Of a stretch of 64,000 nt of DNA, positions 23,637 through 33,537 are shown piece after piece. Numbering within the stretch: position 1 is the stretch's first letter; each line of letters starts with the position of its first letter. Under the pieces are notes generated by a model. The model was not told where the DNA came from. It did no database searches and saw only the letters and a list, made by a program, of their open reading frames with translations. Source of the DNA: an uncultured Acidobacteriota bacterium. Lineage in GTDB: Bacteria > Acidobacteriota > Thermoanaerobaculia > Gp7-AA8. Location: NCBI GenBank assembly GCA_963741955.1, contig CAVUKB010000010.1, forward strand, positions 64,001 through 128,000, in the 5' to 3' direction. Position numbers and translations under genes: made by a program.

Positions 23637-24707
23637 TCAGGAGGGAACCGCCCGCCCTTCGCCGAAGCCGAGAACCCAGAATCGGGGGCGGGAGATCCAC
23701 TTGCGCTGGAGGAGAGCCTGCAGTCGTTCCGCGGGCTCGAGCTGGCCGTCGTCACCGAGGTGGAACGTGCCGAAGTGAATCGCAACCGAGGTGGAGGCTC
23801 GGAGGGTGTCGTGCGCGCGGAGCGCATCATCCGGAGAGAGATGGACCTGCGACATGAACCACTCCGGCCGGAAAGCGCCGATCGGGAGGAGTGCGAGGCG
23901 GGGGCTTCCGAACCGCCGGCGGATCTCTTCGAAATGAGGACCGAATCCGGTATCGCCGGCGAAGTAGACCAATCCACTCCCGGTTTCGAGGACGAACCCG
24001 CACCATAACGTCGCGTCACGGTCACCGAATCCGCGTGAGGAGAAGTGCTGTGCCGGAACGGCGTGAATTCTCACCCCCGACCCGCGGTCCGTCGTCTCCC
24101 ACCAGTCGAGCTCCTCCACCGGTGAGATTCCGTTCCGTTCGAGAAGTTCCCGGTTTCCGAGACCGGTGACGAAGAGCGGAGCATGTTTCGTGGCCAGCCG
24201 TTCGAGAGTAGGGAGGTCGAGGTGATCGTAGTGGTTGTGGCTTATCAGAACGATGTCGATTGGAGGGAGCTGCTCGAACGGAACGCCCGGGGCGACGCGC
24301 CGCACCGGCCCTGCCCATGAGACGGGGCTGCACCGCTCGGACCAGACCGGATCCGTGAGGACGTTCAGGCCTCCGGTCTGAATCAGAACCGTCGCGTGGT
24401 TGACGAACGTCACCCGGAGGTCCGTGCCGCCGACACGCTCGGGGGGAGCCGGTTCCGGAGGAGTCTCGAGCCATTCGGACCACTCACCCGGATCTCGGGA
24501 GAGCATCCAGCGGATCATGTCGAACCCCCCGGCGTGGTGGAAATCGCCCGGATTGTAGAATCGCTCTCCGTCGAAGTGTGCGCTCCGCGGTCCGCGGTAG
24601 CGTGGCGCGGCAAAGCGCCGTCCCACGACGAAGAGAGCGCCCGCGCCGACCGCCGCGGCGCCGATGCCCCAGCCGAGAAAGCGTCGGAATGTCCTGGAAC
24701 GGCTCAT
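23637..24707 (-). CDS. MBL-fold metallo-hydrolase (NAPE-PLD/RomA-like), possible Tat substrate
   Basis: NHATVLI, TDPVWS, SHNHYDHLD, AQHFSSR, FAGDTG, LPIGAF, IHFGTF; N-terminal RRFL plus hydrophobic stretch. Confidence 0.88.
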   Translation of the reverse strand: MSRSRTFRRFLGWGIGAAAVGAGALFVVGRRFAAPRYRGPRSAHFDGERFYNPGDFHHAGGFDMIRWMLSRDPGEWSEWLETPPEPAPPERVGGTDLRVTFVNHATVLIQTGGLNVLTDPVWSERCSPVSWAGPVRRVAPGVPFEQLPPIDIVLISHNHYDHLDLPTLERLATKHAPLFVTGLGNRELLERNGISPVEELDWWETTDRGSGVRIHAVPAQHFSSRGFGDRDATLWCGFVLETGSGLVYFAGDTGFGPHFEEIRRRFGSPRLALLPIGAFRPEWFMSQVHLSPDDALRAHDTLRASTSVAIHFGTFHLGDDGQLEPAERLQALLQRKWISRPRFWVLGFGEGRAVPS

Positions 24708-24822
24708 CCGGCGAGGATAGTGCTCCATCGATGCCAGGGGCAATCCGGCGCGCTCAGATCGGGTCAGAATCCTTCGCGGTCTCCCTTTCCCGGGAAGAGA
24801 GGGTGAGTTCAGGCGAGCCGGA

Positions 24823-26667
24823 TCACCTCCCGAGAAGCTCCCGGAGATGCTGTTGCTGTGCGTCGGTTGTATCGGGCCGTACCTCGAGCTTCCAGTTCTT
24901 CCCGGGCTCCTGTCCGAAAGTCACATCGATGCGCGAGAGTCTCTCCCTCCGGGCGACGAGCAGCGAGACCCGTTCTCCGGGGCGGTATTGCGCGAGCCGC
25001 GTCTCCAGGGCGTCCGGAGGAATCCGGAAGTCGTCGAACGCGAGCAACTCGTCTCCGACGGAGATGCCGGCATTCCAGGCGGGACTTCCGCGACGAATTG
25101 AAGAGACGACGAGCCGTCCGCCCGCCGAGGTGACTTCGGCGCCGAGCCATGCGGATGGGGCGCAGCGGCCGGGAGGTTCGGTGTCCGGTGCCTTCGCAGG
25201 TTCCGTGCATTCGGGCCGAGGCTTCTCCGCGGAGAACCGCAGCCCGTACCAGGAGAGCGCCGGGAGGTAATCGAGCTCCTCCGGCCGGTCCACTGCGTGG
25301 TGGAACCATTGCGAGAGATCCGACCCGGCGACTTCTGATGCGGTCTGCCGGAACTCCTGCGGCTGGTATCCTCGAGCTCCGGCATACCGCCGGAATGCGA
25401 GCCGCATCACGTCGTCGAGGGAACGGCGGCCGGCGGTCGTCTCCCGGATCTTCGCGTCGAGAAGCAGAGCGATCGCTTCTCCCTTCGGGTAGTAGCTCAC
25501 CGTGACGTTGGCGGTGTTCTCGTTCCGGCGGTAAAGTCCGATCCAGGCGTCGAAGGAAGCTTCTCCGACCGGTTCGACCAGACGTCCGGGAGTGTTCTGT
25601 ACCTGCTGCACCGCGCGTGAGAAGAGATCGAGGAGCTCCTCCCGGGTGATCAGCCCGGCCCGGGCGAGGGTCAGGTCTCCATAATAGCTGGTGAACCCTT
25701 CAGCGACCCAGAGATCCGGAGTGTAGACTTCGTGCTCGTAATCGAACGGCCCGAGAGCGACGGGGCGGAGGCGCTTCACATTCCAGGCGTGGAAGTATTC
25801 GTGGCTGACCAGGCCGAGCCACCGGATGTAGCCCTCGCGGGTCCGCATCTGGAACGGATGGGTCATCAGCAGGGTCGAAGATTTGTGCTCGAGACCTCCT
25901 CCCGCATCGACGATCATGTTGAAGAAGACGTAATGGTCGTAGGGGAGAAAGCCCCACATCCGGCGATTCTCGCGTACGATCGCTTCGACGTCGCGCGTCG
26001 CGCGCTCTCCGTCCCACAAACCTCCCTCGCCTTCGTTCACCAGGAGGTGCCGCTTGCCGTCGACCTCGAAGGGGTAGACCGCGGCGTTGCCGGCGTAGAT
26101 CGGTGAATCGACGAGCGTATCGTAGTCCGGCGCGGTGTAACGGTCCGGTGCGTCGCCGGCCGGATCGAGCGCGGTGATCGACTCCCTCCACTCCGGCGGA
26201 CGAACCACCGTCACCTCGTACGGCTGATGGAGATGGTCGACCGGAGTGATGAAGGTCGGAGCGCCGTTCAGCATTGCGAACGTACTCCCGACCCAGTTTC
26301 CCTGCACGCTCATCTGCCGGGCGTAAACGCGGTACGTGAGCGTGATCTCGCGTTTTCCCCTGGAGTCGATTCTCCAGCGGTTTTTCGATGTTTTCACGAT
26401 CGGGAGATCCTCACCATCTGCAGAGCGGGCTGCGATCCGTTCGACGTACTGCGAATATTCGCGGACGAGATACGAGCCCGGCGTCCAGATCGGCATCATC
26501 AGTTCGACCGCTCGCCCGGCAGCAGGCTGGATGGTCTCCTCGACGTCCACGTAGTGCGTGGCCCGGTCGGGAAACGTGAGGCGGTAGCGAACGGGAGAGG
26601 ACGCGCCGAACAACGAGGGAGCGACGATCGACGCGGCGAGGGTGATGAGGATTGCAAATCTGCGCAC
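24823..26667 (-). CDS. M61 family glycyl aminopeptidase with PDZ domain
   Basis: MPIWTPGSYLVRE, DTLVDSP, GGGLEH, HEYFHAWNVKRLRP, LWVAEGFTSYY, SYYPKG, C-terminal PDZ; GTG start with GGAGG RBS. Confidence 0.92.
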   Translation of the reverse strand: MRRFAILITLAASIVAPSLFGASSPVRYRLTFPDRATHYVDVEETIQPAAGRAVELMMPIWTPGSYLVREYSQYVERIAARSADGEDLPIVKTSKNRWRIDSRGKREITLTYRVYARQMSVQGNWVGSTFAMLNGAPTFITPVDHLHQPYEVTVVRPPEWRESITALDPAGDAPDRYTAPDYDTLVDSPIYAGNAAVYPFEVDGKRHLLVNEGEGGLWDGERATRDVEAIVRENRRMWGFLPYDHYVFFNMIVDAGGGLEHKSSTLLMTHPFQMRTREGYIRWLGLVSHEYFHAWNVKRLRPVALGPFDYEHEVYTPDLWVAEGFTSYYGDLTLARAGLITREELLDLFSRAVQQVQNTPGRLVEPVGEASFDAWIGLYRRNENTANVTVSYYPKGEAIALLLDAKIRETTAGRRSLDDVMRLAFRRYAGARGYQPQEFRQTASEVAGSDLSQWFHHAVDRPEELDYLPALSWYGLRFSAEKPRPECTEPAKAPDTEPPGRCAPSAWLGAEVTSAGGRLVVSSIRRGSPAWNAGISVGDELLAFDDFRIPPDALETRLAQYRPGERVSLLVARRERLSRIDVTFGQEPGKNWKLEVRPDTTDAQQQHLRELLGR

Positions 26668-26853
26668 GAGACCTCCGAAAGTGGGAATGGGCGATCCATG
26701 GTAGCGCAACGGCCCCTTGCAGAGCGTGATCCGCGCTTCCATCTCGACAACGTTGCTTCGCGAGAATTCCGTGAACCTCGTCCGGGTTCTGCTTCTCCGG
26801 CGCGGGCGGAGCCTGTCTCTCCCCGCCGACTCTATTGCAGCGGTGATACATCG

Positions 26854-27945
26854 ATGAGTTTACGGTCCTTCTTCGCGGCATCATTCGCTCTTCTCTCCAT
26901 CCTGCTGATCGTTTCGTGCGATCGAATCGAAGAGAGCGACACGGCTCTCGCCAGCAGCAGTCGTTCCGTCTTCGGTACGATTCCCCAGGCGGAGCCTGGT
27001 GCGGAGCACGATTCGGCGGCGCTGGTGGCCCTCGGCCGCAAGCTCTATTTCGATTCGCGGCTCTCGATCAACGGCACCCAGTCCTGCAACAGTTGCCATC
27101 GGCTGGACGAAGGTCTCGCCGGCGTGGATCATCTCCGCACCTCCCTCGGCGCGGAAGGGAAGCCGGGAGCGCGGAACGCTCCGACCGTTCTCAATGCCGG
27201 CTTCAATTTCGTGCAGTTCTGGGACGGCCGGGCCGCGAATCTCGAAGAGCAGGCGAAGGGTCCGATGCTCAACCCGGTGGAGATGGCCATGCCGGATGAA
27301 GCAACCCTCGTCGCGCGGGTCCGCCAGGCCCCGGAGTATGCCCGGTCGTTCCGTGAGGCCTACGGACCGCGGAACGCGACGATCACGTTCGATCGGATCG
27401 TCGGTGCGATCGCCGCGTTCGAGCGTACGCTTCGGACTCACGATCGCTTCGACGACTTTCAGAATGGACAGCTGAATGCTCTCACCGCGAAGGAAAAGGC
27501 GGGACTACGGCTGTTCATGAAAGAAGGATGCGCGAGTTGTCATCGCGGTCCGCTGGTAGGGGGCAACATCTACCAGAAGATCGGTATGGTCCACCCGTAT
27601 CCGACCAGCGATCAGGGTCGTTACGAGGTGACTCACAGGAACCTGGACCGATTCGTCTTCAAGGTTCCTTCTCTACGCAACGTTGCGCTGACGGCGCCGT
27701 ACTTTCACGATGGAGCGATCCCGAATCTCGACACGGCCGTGGAGAAGATGGCCTGGCACCAGCTGGGAAAGAAGCTGACCGCAGCGCAGCGGGAGGAGAT
27801 CGTGGCGTTTCTCGGATCGCTTTCCGATGAGAGCCGCGATACTGCGAAATCGAAGAGGGGAAGCCTGAAAAGCAGAAACGCGCACGCATCCGACGCGTCG
27901 GCCCGCCGCGGACGTGACCGTTCGCCGGGCGATCACGCGTCGTGA
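26854..27945 (+). CDS. Di-haem cytochrome c peroxidase (bCcP/MauG family), lipoprotein
   Basis: CNSCH and CASCH haem motifs, RNAPTVLNA, QFWDGRA, FKVPSLRNV, TAPYFHDG; lipobox-like LIVSC. Confidence 0.92.
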   Translation: MSLRSFFAASFALLSILLIVSCDRIEESDTALASSSRSVFGTIPQAEPGAEHDSAALVALGRKLYFDSRLSINGTQSCNSCHRLDEGLAGVDHLRTSLGAEGKPGARNAPTVLNAGFNFVQFWDGRAANLEEQAKGPMLNPVEMAMPDEATLVARVRQAPEYARSFREAYGPRNATITFDRIVGAIAAFERTLRTHDRFDDFQNGQLNALTAKEKAGLRLFMKEGCASCHRGPLVGGNIYQKIGMVHPYPTSDQGRYEVTHRNLDRFVFKVPSLRNVALTAPYFHDGAIPNLDTAVEKMAWHQLGKKLTAAQREEIVAFLGSLSDESRDTAKSKRGSLKSRNAHASDASARRGRDRSPGDHAS

Positions 27946-28063
27946 GACACGATCCTCGAGAGCGTCTGCAACCCGCGATCGCCGCCTCTTGACTCCGCGG
28001 TCGTGACCCTCTCTAATGGCCGCGCACGCGCGGTGCGGGACAAGCACCTCTCCGCGTCTTCCG

Positions 28064-29404
28064 ATGAAAGCCCGCCGCAAGCCAACTCATCCGAATACCG
28101 GCAAAACGCCTCTGCGCGAGCGGCCTTCCTGGATCCACCAGGGGCTCTGGATCACCGTCTTTCTGACTGCGCTTCTGGTCCCGCTCTGGGTGTCTCCGGC
28201 CGGAAAGGAGACGTTCCGGGTTCCGAAGGAGATCCTGTTCCGCTCATTCGGCATCGTTCTGATCACCCTCGCCTTGATCGGTGTGGCCCTCGGAAAGCTC
28301 GGTTCGAAGCGCATCAAACGGATCGGTCTACCGATCTCGGTGGCGGGGGCGATTCTTCTCTGGGCGATCGTCACGACGGTGACGTCGACCGTCGTCGCCG
28401 TCAGTGCGGAGTCGCTCATCACCACGGTTGCCGCGGTGGCGTTCTTCGTCGCTGCCTTCGTTCTGGTACGAGAGCGATCCGGCGCGGCTTTGCTGCCGAT
28501 CGCCGGAGTTGCAGTGATCAATGCTGCAGTCTATTACGCGCAGAAGTTCGGAATATGGCAGCCGTTCCGGATCGTCCGACTCTCCGACTCGTTTACTGCG
28601 CTGCTCGGAAACAGCAACGACATCGGGAGTGTGCTGATGCCGATCGCGTTGGCGGCGCTGGCCCTCTTCTTCGCTTCGCACAGGTCAGTTCGCACGGGAG
28701 CGGCCCTGCTGTTTCTGGTTTCGATCTCGATGTTGTTCGTCAGTCTGTCGGCGACCGCAGTGCTGGCATTCGTCGCCGGGTTCGCGGTCATGGTGTTTTT
28801 CGTTTCATGGCGCCGCACGGCGGTCGCCATCGCGATGCTGGCGATCGTCGCAGGGACCACGTTCTATGCATCCGCGCCGATTCATGACTGGGTGATGCGG
28901 GGATGGAGCAACGTTCACAGTCCCGCGAGTCTCGATCGAGCTGCCGGAGGAAGATTCTTCACCGACGTCGCGGGGCTCCGGATGGTGGCGAATCACCCGC
29001 TGTTCGGGGTCGGTCCGGGAACGTTCGGATACCACTTCTTCGATCTCTACCCGGCGCTGGCGGATGAATACCCTGCCTTGTACCGCAACCCTGCGCCATG
29101 GATCGATGCGCACGACGACCACGTCCAGGTGCTCGCGCAGGAGGGCGTTCCCGGCTATCTTCTGATGCTCGCTGCGATCGGATTGGTGGGGTCGGTTTCC
29201 TTTCGCCGGCGGACGGAGATCGCTCTTCGAAGGGAGAGTTTCGACCGCGGGCGATTCGCGGTTCTGCTGGGTCTTCCGCTCGCGCTTTCATTCTCGATCC
29301 TCGCACTCGCCCAATATCCGCTTCAACTCGCATCCTCTACGGTCGTCTTGCTCTATCTCGCCGCGCTCACGCTAGGATGGGGGATGAATGAACAGGCTGA
29401 TTAG
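28064..29404 (+). CDS. O-antigen ligase / O-oligosaccharyltransferase (Wzy_C) family protein
   Basis: Multi-TM; LLGNSN, HPLFGVGPGTF, AHDDHVQVLAQEG (AHNxxLQ-like). Confidence 0.8.
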   Translation: MKARRKPTHPNTGKTPLRERPSWIHQGLWITVFLTALLVPLWVSPAGKETFRVPKEILFRSFGIVLITLALIGVALGKLGSKRIKRIGLPISVAGAILLWAIVTTVTSTVVAVSAESLITTVAAVAFFVAAFVLVRERSGAALLPIAGVAVINAAVYYAQKFGIWQPFRIVRLSDSFTALLGNSNDIGSVLMPIALAALALFFASHRSVRTGAALLFLVSISMLFVSLSATAVLAFVAGFAVMVFFVSWRRTAVAIAMLAIVAGTTFYASAPIHDWVMRGWSNVHSPASLDRAAGGRFFTDVAGLRMVANHPLFGVGPGTFGYHFFDLYPALADEYPALYRNPAPWIDAHDDHVQVLAQEGVPGYLLMLAAIGLVGSVSFRRRTEIALRRESFDRGRFAVLLGLPLALSFSILALAQYPLQLASSTVVLLYLAALTLGWGMNEQAD

Positions 29405-29873
29405 ACTCACTGCGGCGCTTCTGATCGCTGCGGCGGGTGTGATGGCCGTTTACCGGGTCGGCTATCTCCCTTACGAGTGCAACATCCTGAAGAAGGAGGT
29501 CGACGTCGAGACGCGGCGCGGCCTCGGATACGGCATGGCCGCAATTCTTCTCTCCCGGCAGAACCTTCCGCGGATCGAGGCGTGTCTCCGTTGCTCGCGA
29601 ACAGACGCAGGGCTGTGGGTCCTGAAGGGAGCGAACGAAGTGATGTCGGGCAATCGTGACGCCGCCATCGCCAGCTTCGAATCTGCGTTCCGCTACCGGC
29701 ATCAGCCGGAGATCCTGGTGAATCTAGGCAACCTGCATCTCCAGGAAGGGAAGCGGGAGCTCGCGATGGAGGAGTTCGTCCGAGCGGTCCGCTTCCAGCC
29801 ATCGTTATTGAATGACGTCCACCCTTCGGAGCGCGCCGAGGTCCGGAAGCGGGTCGAAGAACCCAGAGGCTAG
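29388..29873 (+). CDS. TPR-containing membrane-anchored protein
   Basis: N-terminal TM helix; TPR-like GNRDAAIASFESA and ILVNLGNLHLQEGKRELAMEEF; overlaps the upstream gene. Confidence 0.7.
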   Translation: MNRLIRLTAALLIAAAGVMAVYRVGYLPYECNILKKEVDVETRRGLGYGMAAILLSRQNLPRIEACLRCSRTDAGLWVLKGANEVMSGNRDAAIASFESAFRYRHQPEILVNLGNLHLQEGKRELAMEEFVRAVRFQPSLLNDVHPSERAEVRKRVEEPRG

Positions 29874-29899
29874 AGGCTGGAGACTCGAGGCTCGAGGCT
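29865..29899 (+). repeat. Tandem heptamer array (A/C)GAGGCT x5
   Basis: agaggct agaggct ggagact cgaggct cgaggct over the TAG of the TPR gene, followed by an AT-rich spacer. Confidence 0.85.
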
Positions 29900-30046
29900 G
29901 GAGCGGCCGGAGATTATTCGTTCTGTTTCACCGGCCTTAATGCGAATATTATTCGGTAGACTTGCATCTTTACAGACAATAATTCTGTATTGATGGCTGG
30001 TCTCGGAATTTTCTTCAGCGATTCTCCTGCGGTCGGTACGGTCATT

Positions 30047-30074
30047 CGCTCGCCGCTCGCCGCCTGCCGCTCGC
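30047..30074 (+). repeat. Tandem heptamer array CGCTCGC x4
   Basis: cgctcgc cgctcgc cgcctgc cgctcgc. Confidence 0.75.
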
Positions 30075-30168
30075 CTCTCCGTCCGGCCTGTATTTTCTTA
30101 TCCCCTTCGAGACACTTCCTGACATGCAGTTCGACGAGGGATCACTCGAGGAGAAAAGGAAGAGACCA

Positions 30169-30817
30169 ATGCCGGATCGCTACGTCGTGACCTGTCCCCA
30201 CTGCCACAATCCCTTCGATGCCGTAGCCGCCGACTGGTGCGACTGTCTCGCCAGCGAGCGGACACTTCGCTGTTCTTTCTGCAGTCATTGCCTCTGCACG
30301 GCCTCTCATGCATGGAGACAGCAGTTCTGGGTCGCCGCGCCTCCCGAGCTTTGGCCGCCGTCGCCGGGACGAACAGCAGACCGGGTTCAACGGTCTTCAG
30401 GTCTCGAATCCCGCGCTTCTCCGGAGGCCGCTGATCATGCTGGTCGATCCGAACCGGAACGTTCTCTGGACTGCGAATCGGGTGATCGGCTCGATGGGAA
30501 TCTCGTTGATTCTTTCCGACGATCCGAACACGGCGCTGGTTCTGGCGAGACTGTTCCGTCCGGAGCTGGTGATCACGGAAGCGGTACTGTCGAAGATCGA
30601 TGGGCGGGAGCTCTGTCGTGCGATGAAGGGCGATCCCCTCCTCACCGGAACGAAAGTGATCGTGATGAGCGACGTCTACCGGGGCGACCGTTACGCGAAG
30701 GAAGCGATCGAGGAGTTCGGAGCGGACGAGTTCCTGGAGAAGCCCGTTTCTTCGTTCTCGCTTCGCCGGAGTATCGACCACTTTGCGACGCTTCCCCGTC
30801 TTGCCGGAGTGATGTAG
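30169..30817 (+). pseudogene. Cys-rich (zinc-binding) N-domain plus receiver-domain protein, frameshifted near 30355
   Basis: Frame A: MPDRYVVTCPHC...WCDC...CSFCSHCLC...APPELW. Frame B: RRRRDEQ...LIMLVD...PELVITE...DGRELC...ADEFLEKP. Removing 1 nt joins them. Confidence 0.7.
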
Positions 30818-30984
30818 ATCGGCAGGTCGTGCGTTCCAGGTTCCGCGACGTCTTTCCTTCAGCGCACATCTGAAGGACTGCACACCTCGATCGGGGAGAG
30901 TGCCGGCCGGACGGCGCCCCATCGCTGTGACGGCCGTCGCTTTTCGAGCTCCGGGAGTCGTGTATCGTTCCTCCGGAGGAATGG

Positions 30985-31797
30985 ATGCTCAGGCGCCTTC
31001 GCGAAGCTCTCCCCGACGCCTTCTGGGATGTCGATCTCAGCGATCTGGAGACTCACTGGATCCGTGAGCGGCTGGTCCGGCCGAGATTCGCCGTACCGCA
31101 GCAACTGCTCGACGCCGTGTCGGATCCGGGAAAGGCCGGGTCGGATCCCGCGCTCCCCCTGGTGTCGGGTCTTTCAGTTCAAGAGTCGAACCGCGGTGGT
31201 GGTCTCGAGATCGACCGTCTCGGCTTCTACCTTCCTTATCATGCCGCGCCGTCTCGGGAAGCCGGTATTCACCTCTCACTCTCCGGGCTCGGGCGGCTGG
31301 CAGGCTTTCTCTCGGAAGTGGAGCCGGAGCTGGGTCGCGACGAGTCGGCGATGGCCGCACAGTTGTTCGCGTTTCACCATTTCGAATACCACTACCGGCT
31401 CGAAGCATTCGCCATCCGGCTCGAGGTGCTTCTGAGGAAACCCGCGTACCGGACCATTCTCGAAGCGACGCGTTCCGAGCTTCGCCGCGATCTCGAGGCG
31501 CAGGCGACGGCATCCGCCGTCCGCGCCACCACCCGGCCTCTGCACGACCAGCCGGAAAAGGAAGGGCACGTCGAGCGCGCGATGCTCGCGTATCTCGAGC
31601 GTCACGACGCATCGGGAGCGGCCGATCTTCTCTCGCCGATGGATTGCCGCGACGCCCAGTACCGCCTCATGGAAGCCCTCCGGTCCCGGGTGATGGGAGA
31701 GCCCGCTGTCGATGACGCGTGGATCTGGCACCCGGTGTTCAACCTGTTCGCCCCGGTCCCCGGCGTCCACGCCTTCCTGATCTCTCCAGCGCGCTAG
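30985..31797 (+). CDS. Hypothetical protein, possibly degenerate zincin-like
   Basis: 270-aa ORF with GGAGGAA RBS; GFYLPYH...GIHL...FHHFEYHYRLE. Confidence 0.65.
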   Translation: MLRRLREALPDAFWDVDLSDLETHWIRERLVRPRFAVPQQLLDAVSDPGKAGSDPALPLVSGLSVQESNRGGGLEIDRLGFYLPYHAAPSREAGIHLSLSGLGRLAGFLSEVEPELGRDESAMAAQLFAFHHFEYHYRLEAFAIRLEVLLRKPAYRTILEATRSELRRDLEAQATASAVRATTRPLHDQPEKEGHVERAMLAYLERHDASGAADLLSPMDCRDAQYRLMEALRSRVMGEPAVDDAWIWHPVFNLFAPVPGVHAFLISPAR

Positions 31798-31837
31798 AGG
31801 CCAGAGACTCTAGGCTCGAACCTCTCGCCTCGAACCT
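31796..31837. repeat. Degenerate heptamer array between convergent genes
   Basis: agaggcc agagact ctaggct cgaacct ctcgcct cgaacct. Confidence 0.6.
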
Positions 31838-32759
31838 ACCGATGTGCCGTCGCGTAGAGCCGCCGTGCCGCGTTCTCGAGCCAGTCGCGGTGGGCGAGGA
31901 CGCCGCGCCAGCGCACCGGAATTCCCTCGATCCCGTAGAACGCACCCGCGAGCTGTCCGTAAATCGCAGCGACCGTGTCGGCATCTCCGCCGAGGTTGGC
32001 CGCGAGACGGCAGCCTTCCTCGAACGACGTCGACCATTGAAACGCCCAGAGCGCTGCTTCCAGCGAGTCGACCACGTATCCGGTGGAGCGGATCTCCTCC
32101 CGGTTCTTGTTCTTGAAGGAGCCTGAGGCGACTCGTTGAATGGAAGAGGAGAGAGGGTCGGTCCAGCGAAACGTGGAGGGAGCGTACCGGTCGGAGAGGA
32201 TCTCTTCTTTACTCGTGCCGCTCACCGCACCAATCAGGAGCGCCGCGAAGTAGCGGCAGGCGTCGATCGCTTCGGTCGCGGCGTGCGTCACCCGAGAGCT
32301 CTCCGCCGCGTAATGGATGGCGAGCTCCGGGCGACGGGCATAGAACAGTGGGACCGGTGCGAGCCGCATCAGAGAGCCGTTGCCCGCATCGTTCGGACCG
32401 GACGGCGCGTCGAACGGCTGCCGCGTCTTTTCGTATCTCTCCAGCGCCGTACGTACGGTGTTGCCGATGTCGAAGCATCGGCCGGTGCTGGAGCGATATC
32501 CCTCCCGATACCACCGGACGTACCGGTCGAGCTGATCGACCGGATCGAATCCGCGGCATTCGGTCAGACTCTCGGCGAGACAGAGGGCCATCGAAGTATC
32601 GTCGGTCCACTGGCCCGGGGAGAGATCGAACGGGCCGCCACCGACGATCTCGTTCACCGCATCGATGCTGTCGCGCGTCCGGGACTCCAGAGTCGTGCCG
32701 AACGCGTCGCCCGCGGCCAGACCCAGAATCGCCCCCAGATACCGGCCGAGTCTTTCCAT
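31836..32759 (-). CDS. ADP-ribosylglycohydrolase (DraG/ARH family)
   Basis: GLAAGDAFG, GQWTDDTSM, FDIGNT, AGNGSLMR, TH, NLGGDADT. Confidence 0.93.
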   Translation of the reverse strand: MERLGRYLGAILGLAAGDAFGTTLESRTRDSIDAVNEIVGGGPFDLSPGQWTDDTSMALCLAESLTECRGFDPVDQLDRYVRWYREGYRSSTGRCFDIGNTVRTALERYEKTRQPFDAPSGPNDAGNGSLMRLAPVPLFYARRPELAIHYAAESSRVTHAATEAIDACRYFAALLIGAVSGTSKEEILSDRYAPSTFRWTDPLSSSIQRVASGSFKNKNREEIRSTGYVVDSLEAALWAFQWSTSFEEGCRLAANLGGDADTVAAIYGQLAGAFYGIEGIPVRWRGVLAHRDWLENAARRLYATAHR

Positions 32760-33069
32760 GGCGTCATCATATCGGGAGTTCCGGCCGGGAGCCTGCTCGT
32801 GCCGGAAAGCGGACGGGCAGAGAGGCGGGAAACACCCTTCCCGACCCCTGCGAATAAAGTGAAACACCCTCCTGTTTTCGCGTTCACCGTTTCATCTCTG
32901 TGTGCTGTCGCTCCCGTATCGAGTGCCCCGTGCTTCAGAGTGAAGCAGGACCCCAGGATGGATTGAACTGCCCGCCGCGTCGATACTGGCGCGTTTCGAG
33001 CAGCGGAAGAAGAAGTGCGATGAGGCCGGGTCGAACCGGGATAATGCAGCAACCGATACAGGAGAGTGA

Positions 33070-33537
33070 ATGGCTTCGAAAGTTTTTGTTGGGAATTTGA
33101 ATTTCAGCACCACGCGCGACGAGCTCGAGCGAATCTTCGGTGAGATCGGTCAGGTTACGGAGGTTTTCCTCCCGATGGACCGTGAAACCGGTCGTCCCCG
33201 CGGATTTGCCTTCGTGCAGTTCTCTTCGGACGAAGACGCGAAGAAGGCGATCGAGCAGCTCAACGGGCGTGAGGTCGGCGGCCGCGCGCTCCGAGTCAAC
33301 GCGGCGGAAGATCGCCCGCGGAGAAGCGGACCCTCTCCACGCCCCGGTGGATTCGGCGCGCGTCCCTTCGGCGGCGGCGGTGGCGGTGGTGGATTCGACC
33401 GCTCCCCGGATGAAGGATTCGGCGGCGGATTCGGTGGCGGATTCGGCGGCGGCGGCGGCGGCCGAGGTGGTGACGCTGGCGGCGGCCGTACCAAAGGAAG
33501 CCGTAGGAACATCCGGAAGAAGAAGCGCAGCCTCTGA
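33070..33537 (+). CDS. RRM RNA-binding protein with Gly-rich tail
   Basis: RNP2 VFVGNL and RNP1 RGFAFVQF; GGF repeats; basic C-terminus; AGGAG RBS. Confidence 0.93.
   Translation: MASKVFVGNLNFSTTRDELERIFGEIGQVTEVFLPMDRETGRPRGFAFVQFSSDEDAKKAIEQLNGREVGGRALRVNAAEDRPRRSGPSPRPGGFGARPFGGGGGGGGFDRSPDEGFGGGFGGGFGGGGGGRGGDAGGGRTKGSRRNIRKKKRSL

Noticed and set aside
33360-33490. GGC/GGATTC repeats as a DNA repeat element
   Set aside because: Explained by the Gly-rich GGF tail of the RRM protein.
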